DNA of 58,236 bases from a virus (IMGVR_UViG_3300024344_000011:1-58236); one strand, 5' to 3'. Counted from the stretch's first letter, positions 1-7,643 are shown. Made by a program: numbers and translations. The notes: generated from the sequence alone by a model not told the origin.

Positions 1-152
1 ACCATATCAAATGGTCTATTTTCTCCACTCATTATATATCTTTCGCTATCACAATTAGGACAAACGCCACTATCACTCCAACCACTCATTTTGCTCTCCT
101 TATGTATTTATGAATTTCGCAATCTAACTCTAACATTTTACTTAAAACTTGT
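1..152. repeat. Terminal direct repeat, left copy (circular assembly overlap)
   Basis: 1-152 matches 58085-58236 except A127 vs G58211. Confidence 0.95.
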
Positions 153-325
153 CGGGCATCTTCACTCACAGAAAAATTATCATGAAAATCTACTAACTCG
201 CCAAGCGTCAAATTTTCTTTAATGACCAGGTTATAAATGTTATTGTCATAAAAATCTTTTATGAATTGTTTGAAGATATTATCCAACTTTTTTTCATAGC
301 TGTTATATGTTGTAAATCTATTCAT
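86..325 (-). CDS. hypothetical early protein
   Basis: 79 aa; coupled by start/stop overlaps to neighbours in the leftward operon. Confidence 0.7.
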   Translation of the reverse strand: MNRFTTYNSYEKKLDNIFKQFIKDFYDNNIYNLVIKENLTLGELVDFHDNFSVSEDARQVLSKMLELDCEIHKYIRRAK

Positions 326-918
326 TTACTCCCCCATTGTTCTATTGCACTATTAAATTCCATTAGCCCGTCATCGCCATATAAACCAAAACACGAATCA
401 ATCCACTCCCAATCTTCTTCTGCGAGGTTATCGGCTACACTCTGATAATAAGGTAAATTACATTTGTTTACTTTTTGTGAAATCTGAATACCCCAAGTAT
501 CTCCCGTTAGAAAGGCATTGTATCTTTCTATATCACAAGATAATCCTAATTCAGCGAGGGCTAAATCTTTCTCTGATAACTCTCCTTTGATACTTTGTTG
601 TTCTCGAATTTGGTCATGTGTTATATAAATAACCCCAACACAACCACTATCCCATTGGCAACCAGGAGAAGTAGTCATGCTTAATCCTCCATGATCATGA
701 AGGTATAAAGGTTTCCATAAAACATTATCCGTGCTGATAAATTCTTTTAATTCTTCCTCCGTAAAATCCTCCTCATGTGGTAAATCATAACGGCTATGAA
801 AACACACCATAGTCGTATCATTCGTCCATTCAATTCTAGGATTCTCGGCATAAGCATCATGTATTAGTTCTATCTTGTAACTATACGAATCGTTTTTTAC
901 AATTTCTTCTCTACTCAT
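322..918 (-). CDS. conserved phage/MGE early protein (NPR-W...HSRY...LYLHDHGG...WDSG family)
   Basis: Motif set recalled from mobile-element leading-region/polyvalent proteins; ATG at 918 preceded by AAGGAAAG. Confidence 0.7.
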   Translation of the reverse strand: MSREEIVKNDSYSYKIELIHDAYAENPRIEWTNDTTMVCFHSRYDLPHEEDFTEEELKEFISTDNVLWKPLYLHDHGGLSMTTSPGCQWDSGCVGVIYITHDQIREQQSIKGELSEKDLALAELGLSCDIERYNAFLTGDTWGIQISQKVNKCNLPYYQSVADNLAEEDWEWIDSCFGLYGDDGLMEFNSAIEQWGSK

Positions 919-1159
919 TATCTTTCCTTTCATTCATTTCATTAACAATATCTGCTCTATCTTCTAATAAGATTTCAACTTCCTCCACCAAGCTATTAAA
1001 AATATCTTGACCTTTTTCGGTAAAAGAAATTACTTCATCTTCTTCTATGGTATATTTTTCATAATCGTCCCCATATCTTTCTTGCATAATCCAATCTGCT
1101 ATATCACAAGTAAGTTCAATATATTGGTCGGAGGATAATAAAATTTTTTCTTTACTCAT
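911..1159 (-). CDS. hypothetical acidic protein
   Basis: 82 aa, RBS-like AAGGGG, overlapping neighbours. Confidence 0.75.
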   Translation of the reverse strand: MSKEKILLSSDQYIELTCDIADWIMQERYGDDYEKYTIEEDEVISFTEKGQDIFNSLVEEVEILLEDRADIVNEMNERKDNE

Positions 1160-1365
1160 TTGTTTTCCCCTTTCAACTCTGTAAGTTCTTTTTCTAAGTT
1201 CTCAATTTTTTCTAGTCTAATCTCTTCGACTAGGAGACCTACTAATTTTTTAGCTATGGAAATATTTTGCCAATCTTTCTCCCACCACATTTCCTCTTCC
1301 CATTTTGATACACCATGAGTAGATTTAATTGCCTTCACTATTAATTCTTTATCTTCTAAGTTCAT
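1156..1365 (-). CDS. hypothetical protein with C-terminal coiled coil
   Basis: 69 aa, GGAGG RBS. Confidence 0.75.
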   Translation of the reverse strand: MNLEDKELIVKAIKSTHGVSKWEEEMWWEKDWQNISIAKKLVGLLVEEIRLEKIENLEKELTELKGENK

Positions 1366-1367
1366 AA

Positions 1368-1511
1368 TTATTCCTCCAACTCCTCTAACTCTCTTTTAAT
1401 TCTTTTCGTTTCTGATTGATGGTATTGCAAATCTTCTTTAAGTTCTTTTTTGTAATTATTCATGGAGCTTTCTTCAGTCCATTCCACAAACTCAATTTTT
1501 TCTTCGGCCAT
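1368..1511 (-). CDS. hypothetical 47-aa protein (not in ORF track)
   Basis: MAEEKIEFVEW...ELEE*; fills the operon gap with TAATG coupling. Confidence 0.65.
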   Translation of the reverse strand: MAEEKIEFVEWTEESSMNNYKKELKEDLQYHQSETKRIKRELEELEE

Positions 1512-2065
1512 TATTCTTGCTCCCTTAACTCTGTATATCTTTCTGCAAATCTTGGTGTCTTATGAGTAATTAACCAAGCAAAAGGTAATGCTTTAACTTT
1601 GTGATTCAAAGTATTCCATTCTTCTATGTCGGCTACATACTCTTTCGTAAAGTTCTCTTGTATATCGTCATAACCAAAAAAACCTAACAAAGCTCCTAAT
1701 AGTTCTGACTGATTATAAGTTAATGCTATGACCTGAGTTAAATCACGCTTTTTTACCGGTTCGTTTTGAGATACCAAACTGTTTATGTGATTTTTTATAG
1801 AATCAATTCTATATTGCAAACTATCGTCAAGTTCGTCCCAAACTTTATCAACATTGGGCATTTTGTTTTTTTCAATTATCTCGGTTTGTTGGGATACTGA
1901 AACAATAGCCGACAATACTTGAAACTGACTGTAAGTAAATGTTGTATAGGCAAGTTTATGTTCGTTGTTTCTATCTTGGTCTTTATAATTTATAAAATCA
2001 GTAATCTTCCTTTGAAGCTTTACATGACCAGGAACTTTCTCATTCTCTGTATATCGACTAGCCAT
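1511..2065 (-). CDS. hypothetical protein with internal duplication
   Basis: Likely start MASRYTE after GAGG; two TY[SN]Q..L.A...W..L units. Confidence 0.7.
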   Translation of the reverse strand: MASRYTENEKVPGHVKLQRKITDFINYKDQDRNNEHKLAYTTFTYSQFQVLSAIVSVSQQTEIIEKNKMPNVDKVWDELDDSLQYRIDSIKNHINSLVSQNEPVKKRDLTQVIALTYNQSELLGALLGFFGYDDIQENFTKEYVADIEEWNTLNHKVKALPFAWLITHKTPRFAERYTELREQE

Positions 2066-2426
2066 TGTTTGCCTCTCTTTCGTTTTTGATTTCTTGTTCT
2101 CTTTTAGTTTGTGGAAAATCACAATACACATAAAGGTTACTTAATATTCTTCCCTCTCTAGTCTTAAGACTACAAGGTGTATCCCCTTTTTCTATTCTTT
2201 GGTAATCTTCAATAGGCATTTCTTTTAATACCCACTCCACAATTTTATTATACTGAATCCATTGTGGCATTTGTTGTATGTCAAAAATTCTGACTGTGGT
2301 TACAAAGTTATCACAAGTATTACAAACCCGTGATCCCTCGTCCGTGAGTAGAGGATACGGATTATTACCTAAACCCTCTATTTCTTCTTCACATAATTTA
2401 CATTTATTTTCTTTTTTAGACTCCAT
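2058..2426 (-). CDS. Zn-finger-like hypothetical protein
   Basis: CKLC...GNNPYPL...CNTC. Confidence 0.75.
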   Translation of the reverse strand: MESKKENKCKLCEEEIEGLGNNPYPLLTDEGSRVCNTCDNFVTTVRIFDIQQMPQWIQYNKIVEWVLKEMPIEDYQRIEKGDTPCSLKTREGRILSNLYVYCDFPQTKREQEIKNEREANNG

Positions 2427-2574
2427 AATCTTTCCACTCCCCCTCTGTGATTAAAGTTTTAAAAACCTCTGTAATTTCTTTTGATTTGTTAGTATCGCCT
2501 GTTACAATTTCTACTGCCTCTCTAACTTGAGATTGTAGTAATTTTAACTCCGATTCTTTATATTTAATTCTCAT
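2416..2574 (-). CDS. hypothetical 52-aa protein, first gene of this leftward block (not in ORF track)
   Basis: MRIKYKESELK...; preceded by AAGGGAGTTA RBS like those of 3799 and 4395. Confidence 0.7.
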   Translation of the reverse strand: MRIKYKESELKLLQSQVREAVEIVTGDTNKSKEITEVFKTLITEGEWKDYGV

Positions 2575-2580
2575 TGTAAA

Positions 2581-2636
2581 ATAACTCCCTTAATAGTTAA
2601 TGTATTATTATTAACACAATAAATAATGGTTTACAA
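2581..2636 (-). promoter_or_regulatory. putative leftward early promoter and leader
   Basis: TTGTAA-17-TAATAA then TTAACTATTAAGGGAGTTA, nearly identical to the leader at 4369-4388. Confidence 0.45.
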
Positions 2637-2665
2637 GTTTTTTTACTTAATAATATATACTATTC

Positions 2666-2870
2666 GTTTATGGTTTACGGGTTTATGCCATAAACAAATA
2701 GCCATATATAAAACTCTTTTGGCTATATTCTGCCATTATAAAGGTTTTTTTGTTTATGGTTTACGGCAAGGGGCATAAACTTCTTTATTCAATGTTTTCA
2801 ATACTTTAAGAGAGGTTTATGGTTTATGTATATATATATATGTATGGTGGGGCATAAAGCCCCCACACCA
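2666..2870. repeat. iteron-like repeat cluster (candidate origin)
   Basis: GTTTATGGTTTAYG at 2666, 2752, 2815, each followed by inverted CATAAA(C/G); (TA)n tract. Confidence 0.6.
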
Positions 2871-2949
2871 TATATAATTTATTTAATTAATAATTGAGTA
2901 AACGCCACCGATAGAGTAAACTAGCCAGGTGAAAGGAAGAGGAACAATC

Positions 2950-3456
2950 ATGGTAGGCAATAAGAGAAAAGCAAATGTCAAGGCAGTAGCAAATGAGCCG
3001 ACAAGTTTGGACGCCAAATTGACAGAAAAGGAAATGAGATTTGTAGAGCATTATGTAAAAGATAATCTCTCTCAAACGGAGTCGGCAAGACGAGCCGGTT
3101 ACGACCATGCAAGACAAGAGGGATATAGACTGATAAGAAGAAAACACGTAGCCGACAAGATAGTAGAAATGCAAGACGATTTAAGACAACGGGCTAGGAT
3201 TACACCTGAAAGGTCTTTAAATGATTTAATGAAAATTAGAGATAAGGCATACCAGGAGGGATCATACAATGCCTCAATCGGAGCAGAAAAATTACGATTA
3301 CAGATAGCCGGATTGTTAGTTGATAAGAAAGAAATTAAGACAGGAAAGATAGACCAAATGACAAGAGAAGAGGTCATGAAAGAATTAGAAAAGTTACACG
3401 CAATTGCTGAAGAGAATACGATAGATATTACAGCTACTTCCACCGAAACTGAATGA
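2950..3456 (+). CDS. terS: terminase small subunit
   Basis: LTEKEMRFVEHY...NLSQTESARRAGY HTH typical of TerS; alternative start GTG 2929. Confidence 0.85.
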   Translation: MVGNKRKANVKAVANEPTSLDAKLTEKEMRFVEHYVKDNLSQTESARRAGYDHARQEGYRLIRRKHVADKIVEMQDDLRQRARITPERSLNDLMKIRDKAYQEGSYNASIGAEKLRLQIAGLLVDKKEIKTGKIDQMTREEVMKELEKLHAIAEENTIDITATSTETE

Positions 3457-3568
3457 GTGTAAACAAGTTTACAAATGTTTACTAAAACTAGGGCCATTAC
3501 ATAAAACTCTAGGAATAAACCAGGGGGGTGGGAGGCTTCCCCTCCCCCGAAAAAAAATTGAGATACAA

Positions 3569-3609
3569 GTCGGGGCATATGTAGTCGGGACACACATTAG
3601 TCGGGACAC
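3569..3609 (+). repeat. GTCGGG tandem motif cluster 1
   Basis: GTCGGG at 3569, 3584, 3600; TAGTCGGGACAC twice. Confidence 0.85.
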
Positions 3610-3717
3610 GTATAAAACCAAAACTAAAACCTATCAGTTCAAGTTTAAGTTCTAAAAGTCCTAGCCAGGGGAAGGCCAAGTCCTAGCTAGACCGGCTTAA
3701 AACCAGGGAATGTTTCT

Positions 3718-3747
3718 GTTTACATTATGTAAACCATTTGGTAGATT
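3718..3747 (+). promoter_or_regulatory. sigma70-like promoter overlapped by a palindrome
   Basis: TTTACA(3719)-17-TAGATT(3742); GTTTACAT-T-ATGTAAAC at 3718-3734. Confidence 0.7.
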
Positions 3748-3798
3748 CATAATCAGAAAGACTACCTTCGTAGTCTAGTTAATGGGAGTTAACATAAC

Positions 3799-4092
3799 AT
3801 GGCTAAATCAGCTACACACAAAATAACTTTATTTCAAACTGACTTAAATAGAATTAACAGAAGTATTAAAGAAATCCAGGAGAGTGAACCGGAAGGAACA
3901 AGCCTCTTTTACATGGAAATACCATACGATGTTGATAAGAAAGAGTTAGGTGATGTGTTTGTGTTTCGCACTACACTTAAAGAAGAAACCGAAGAGTATG
4001 AAACACGCATAAGTAAAACTTGGAAATACGAGGATTACGAAATTACCTTGACTGACCATTACGAAACGAAAGACATAAAACTTTCTGATTAG
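3799..4092 (+). CDS. hypothetical early protein (cassette 1)
   Basis: 97 aa, GGGAG RBS, own promoter and terminator. Confidence 0.85.
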   Translation: MAKSATHKITLFQTDLNRINRSIKEIQESEPEGTSLFYMEIPYDVDKKELGDVFVFRTTLKEETEEYETRISKTWKYEDYEITLTDHYETKDIKLSD

Positions 4093-4112
4093 TAGAAGAA
4101 CTTCTAGAAGAG

Positions 4113-4147
4113 GCCCCGACTCGTCTTGACCTGTCGGGGCTTTTTTT
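4113..4147 (+). terminator. rho-independent terminator
   Basis: GCCCCGAC...GTCGGGGC stem followed by T7. Confidence 0.85.
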
Positions 4148-4329
4148 GTGCCTTTTCTCCAGGAAATCTCCGGGTGTCGGGACATACGTAAAAGAGTCGG
4201 GATTCATGTAAAAGACCAGGTGGTTCTCCGGGTAATATAACAGATCACCAATTATTACATTACCTGGAACCCGGCCAGGCGCCTCGAGGTTACCGGGTAG
4301 AAGGCCTTTGCTCCAGGAAAGAAAGTTGG

Positions 4330-4373
4330 TTTACATTCTCTTGAGGTTGTGTTATGGTTTACATATTGTTAAC
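4330..4373 (+). promoter_or_regulatory. sigma70-like promoter with downstream near-palindrome
   Basis: TTTACA(4330)-17-TATGGT(4353) with TG extension; GTTTACATATTGTTAAC 4357-4373. Confidence 0.7.
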
Positions 4374-4394
4374 TATTAAAGGGAGTTAAAAACA

Positions 4395-4589
4395 ATGACA
4401 AATAACTTAAATAAAATTTACTTTACTTATCTAGACGAACTGAGAGGTTCCGGGGAAACCAATATGTTTGGCGCTCCGTCTTATCTTATTTCTGAATTTG
4501 GAATCGATAAGAGGGAAGCCATGGACATTACGTCAGCATGGATGACCTGGGTATCTAATGGTCGTCAAATTGAAGAGGTGGCATCATGA
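4395..4589 (+). CDS. conserved small phage protein (LDELR.SG.TNMFGA family)
   Basis: Widespread phage early-gene motif; GGGAG RBS. Confidence 0.85.
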   Translation: MTNNLNKIYFTYLDELRGSGETNMFGAPSYLISEFGIDKREAMDITSAWMTWVSNGRQIEEVAS

Positions 4590-5023
4590 CAACATCATTG
4601 AATCCATTTCCAAAGGGTTTTTTAAAGGAAACTTTTCAAGGCCCGAAGAAAAAAACGAATCGCGATCTGAGTTGTGAAGAAAGAGTCGACGAATACTTAG
4701 CCGACAGACTCCAAGATATAAAGGAGTTTGCCCAGGAAGGTTTTTCATCTGATGATTTTTTTGAATATGGCTTATCTGTTGATTATGTTGAGCCGTTCAC
4801 ATTCGGAGATGACCAGGAAGAAGGATACTTACGTTATCAATTATCGTGGGGTGGCCCTAGCGATGAATTTAGGTTTTATCAATTACGAACTGAATACTGG
4901 TTCCTGGATTGGCATGACGGAGCATCAAGGGACGTATCCCAGGAAGATGATATTATAGAATTAAAATCTTTCTTTAATGATTGCGGTTATTTCGATCCAA
5001 GTTTTGAGGGGGCATCATTATGA
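4586..5023 (+). CDS. conserved acidic phage protein (YLRYQLSWGGPSDEFRF family)
   Basis: ATGA coupling; motif recognition. Confidence 0.85.
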   Translation: MTTSLNPFPKGFLKETFQGPKKKTNRDLSCEERVDEYLADRLQDIKEFAQEGFSSDDFFEYGLSVDYVEPFTFGDDQEEGYLRYQLSWGGPSDEFRFYQLRTEYWFLDWHDGASRDVSQEDDIIELKSFFNDCGYFDPSFEGASL

Positions 5024-5298
5024 GTCAACCATCAATAACTTTAGAAGAGGCCAAAAAACATATCGATAAAATGAACAATGAAAGTCTATATAATTTCATT
5101 GACCAACGCCGGGGGGTTGATAGTCTCATGCTAGAATATGCAAATGAGGTAGCCACCAGGCGACTAGCGAAAGAACACGCTATGTTATGGAAAGGCCAAA
5201 AGTTTAAGGACGAACCACTCCAGGACATTATCGATCGCAAGAATAAAGAGTCACAAGATTTTCTTAATGACCATATAGAGATCGTGCATATCAAATAA
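5020..5298 (+). CDS. hypothetical protein
   Basis: ATGA coupling, GAGGGG RBS. Confidence 0.8.
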   Translation: MSQPSITLEEAKKHIDKMNNESLYNFIDQRRGVDSLMLEYANEVATRRLAKEHAMLWKGQKFKDEPLQDIIDRKNKESQDFLNDHIEIVHIK

Positions 5299-5316
5299 AC
5301 AAGGTTAACTCCGGGG

Positions 5317-5348
5317 AAAAGGCGAGGCTAATAACTTCGCCTTTTTTT
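5317..5348 (+). terminator. rho-independent terminator
   Basis: AAAAGGCGAGG...CTTCGCC followed by T7. Confidence 0.8.
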
Positions 5349-5497
5349 GTGTCGGGAATCCAGGTCGGGAGTCGGGATACGCATCATAGACCTGGCCATG
5401 TATTAACCAGGAATAGATAATATATATAATAAACAAAACTTGGGCCATGTGGTTGCTAGTCATGATCTAGGTCATTTAAATTAAGTTAAGTAAATAG

Positions 5498-5527
5498 TTG
5501 CAATTATCATTTTTATTTTGTTATAAT
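5498..5527 (+). promoter_or_regulatory. strong sigma70-like promoter
   Basis: TTGCAA-18-TATAAT with TG extended -10. Confidence 0.8.
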
Positions 5528-5551
5528 AGGTCATTAACAACGGAGATTAAA

Positions 5552-5944
5552 ATGAGATTAAAAGAAAAGATAACCTTAATAACTGAGAACAAAGGTAACG
5601 CAAGAATTTGGATACAAGGCGATACCGATGTTGAAAATCATGGCTTTACTGACGGACAAGTATTCACCGTTAGTTATGGAGACTCACAAATTGTCTTACA
5701 GCTTACAGGATTGAAAAGACAAAAAGGTATGCGAGTCGACAAAGAGTTTAAGCGTAAGCATAACTTACCAAAGAACACTATGAAAGTGAGTAAGACTGAG
5801 AGAGGTTCAACGATTGATATTGGCAACAAGTTTGTTACAATGGTTGCGGTTGACAATAACAAGATTGGCAATTTTATTCCTTACAAGCTTAAGAATAACA
5901 AAGACTCGAATCATAACAGCATGGTATTCATGTTCGATAAGTAA
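5552..5944 (+). CDS. AbrB/SymE-like fold protein resembling the N-terminal domain of ICE/plasmid C5-MTases
   Basis: ATG 5552 after GGAG; ENKGNARIWIQG...GF..G..F.V.Y and KVSKTERGSTIDI patterns. Confidence 0.6.
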   Translation: MRLKEKITLITENKGNARIWIQGDTDVENHGFTDGQVFTVSYGDSQIVLQLTGLKRQKGMRVDKEFKRKHNLPKNTMKVSKTERGSTIDIGNKFVTMVAVDNNKIGNFIPYKLKNNKDSNHNSMVFMFDK

Positions 5945-5965
5945 CCGAATCACATACCGAATCAG

Positions 5966-5993
5966 TGGCGTTCTTCGGGACGCCATTTTTTTT
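5966..5993 (+). terminator. rho-independent terminator with cUUCGg loop
   Basis: TGGCGTTC-TTCG-GGACGCCA followed by T8. Confidence 0.9.
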
Positions 5994-6165
5994 GGGTAGT
6001 ATCTTTTTGAATCGGACTCCGTTTTTATTCGGGAATGTTGGGGAGAGGGGAGGGAAGATATAGCGCCCCCTTCTTTAGAAAACCTCTAGAGAGGTTGATT
6101 TCTGTCAAATAGTTATCAATCAAAATATAATTGGAGTTGCAAGAAAAAAGTGGTATAGATTCGTT

Positions 6166-7413
6166 ATGTACGAAAATATAGACATTTCCGAAACTATCAT
6201 TGATGAAAATGAAAAAGATTTTCAAAAAAGAAAAATGATAGAAAGGCTGAGAGAAAAATTTGATTCAGAAGGAAACATGAGCGATGCTGATGTTTTATTA
6301 AAGTTCAGAGAAACTTTAGAAGAACCTGGTTTTTCCGGATTAAGGCGTGCAGAATCTAAAGAACGGCTTCGTGGTTCACCTAGACCTATGCCTTACCCAC
6401 CTATTTCTCCTTTTGAAGAACCTGATCCTGATGAAGATTATGGTTCTAATTGGTATGACTCATTAACCGATGAAGAAAAAGCAAGAATAGATAAACAAAA
6501 TAAACCTTATAGAGATAGAAACCGAATGCTTAAACCTGAGATGTACGATGGCCCTACCGAGCAACTTGCTCATGGTGGTCAAGTAAGACGAAGAGTTCCT
6601 GATATTTATTTTAATAAATACGAAGAAGGTGGCGAAGTCTATGAACCTCGCATAGCAGAAAGAGCGCCTTACTTTAATTTACCTGATTATGAAACAGGCG
6701 AATATGATGACATAAAGTTAAGTAGGTTGAGAAATTTATTTACCAAACTACTTCCTGATTACAAGGAAGTTCAGTACAAAGGTGGTTCACAAGCAGCAAA
6801 AAACTTTATAAGTAATATAGGAAATTTTGCTGGGGAAGTAGGATTAACTCCTTTTAAATTTGCAGATATGTTTTTAGAGTTTGCTGGAGGAGGTTCTCCA
6901 ATAGATTCTTTCAATCTTTATATGGATAGACCAGAAAGAGTATATCCGGATAGTCCAGCTGTTTCTAAAATAATGCCATGGAATGTGGAAAGAAAAAATT
7001 ATCACGAAGAATTTCCTATCGAGAGATTTAAAGAATATGATACGATGAAATATAGACAACAATACAACATGGGGGGAGCGGTCAACAACCCTTCTACTAT
7101 GGGGATACAATCATTAACACCCTCCCTTACAACGCACAGTGTCCCCGGCTCCCCCCAAACAAATGCTGTTAATACGAATGATCCAAGATTTTCTAACAAC
7201 AGTGTTAATCCCATAACAGCTTTAGCTAGTGGTATTGGTAATTTAAATAAAAGCTCTAATACTACTAATGCTCTTTTAAAAAAGAACAGCGCTAACCCTA
7301 ATGCTAATGCTAATGCTAATTTAAAAATAAATTACACACCTAATCCAACAACAAAAGAAAATAGATTTGCATTCTTTAATGCTTTAAATAGTACACGACC
7401 AAATTTAGGTTAA
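6166..7413 (+). CDS. hypothetical protein with several xxGG motifs (possible internal virion protein)
   Basis: 415 aa; LAHGGQV, YEEGGEV, FAGGG, YNMGGAV. Confidence 0.75.
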   Translation: MYENIDISETIIDENEKDFQKRKMIERLREKFDSEGNMSDADVLLKFRETLEEPGFSGLRRAESKERLRGSPRPMPYPPISPFEEPDPDEDYGSNWYDSLTDEEKARIDKQNKPYRDRNRMLKPEMYDGPTEQLAHGGQVRRRVPDIYFNKYEEGGEVYEPRIAERAPYFNLPDYETGEYDDIKLSRLRNLFTKLLPDYKEVQYKGGSQAAKNFISNIGNFAGEVGLTPFKFADMFLEFAGGGSPIDSFNLYMDRPERVYPDSPAVSKIMPWNVERKNYHEEFPIERFKEYDTMKYRQQYNMGGAVNNPSTMGIQSLTPSLTTHSVPGSPQTNAVNTNDPRFSNNSVNPITALASGIGNLNKSSNTTNALLKKNSANPNANANANLKINYTPNPTTKENRFAFFNALNSTRPNLG

Positions 7414-7433
7414 GAGTTTCCTGTCTAGTAGAG

Positions 7434-7460
7434 AGGGGTAAGAAATTACCCCTTTTTTTT
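7434..7460 (+). terminator. rho-independent terminator
   Basis: GGGGTAA-GAAA-TTACCCC followed by T8. Confidence 0.85.
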
Positions 7461-7643
7461 ATGCAGACGAAAATACATCCAATATAAAAATAAAAGATTA
7501 AAAGGAAGGAACATAGCAAAGTCCACATAACTTCCTTGCATAAAGAAATGTAAACTAGCATACAAAAAAATTGTTCCGAATATATAGGCAGATACCCCTA
7601 TGATTTCGTAAATAATCTTTATGTAAAAATTATAATGTTCCAT
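7446..7643 (-). CDS. small two-TM membrane protein
   Basis: 65 aa hydrophobic ORF in an otherwise empty gap. Confidence 0.5.
   Translation of the reverse strand: MEHYNFYIKIIYEIIGVSAYIFGTIFLYASLHFFMQGSYVDFAMFLPFNLLFLYWMYFRLHKKKG

Noticed and set aside
3099-3593. Antisense ORFs opposite real genes (also 15022, 20265, 30047, 56352 and others)
   Set aside because: Shadow frames without RBS or protein-like motifs
3569-5380. CRISPR mini-array or integron attC array
   Set aside because: Repeats are only 6-12 bp with irregular spacing; no cas1/cas2 or integron integrase and no attC-type boxes
5498-5551. TTG start and N-terminal extension given in the ORF track
   Set aside because: The segment is the promoter itself; the RBS supports ATG 5552
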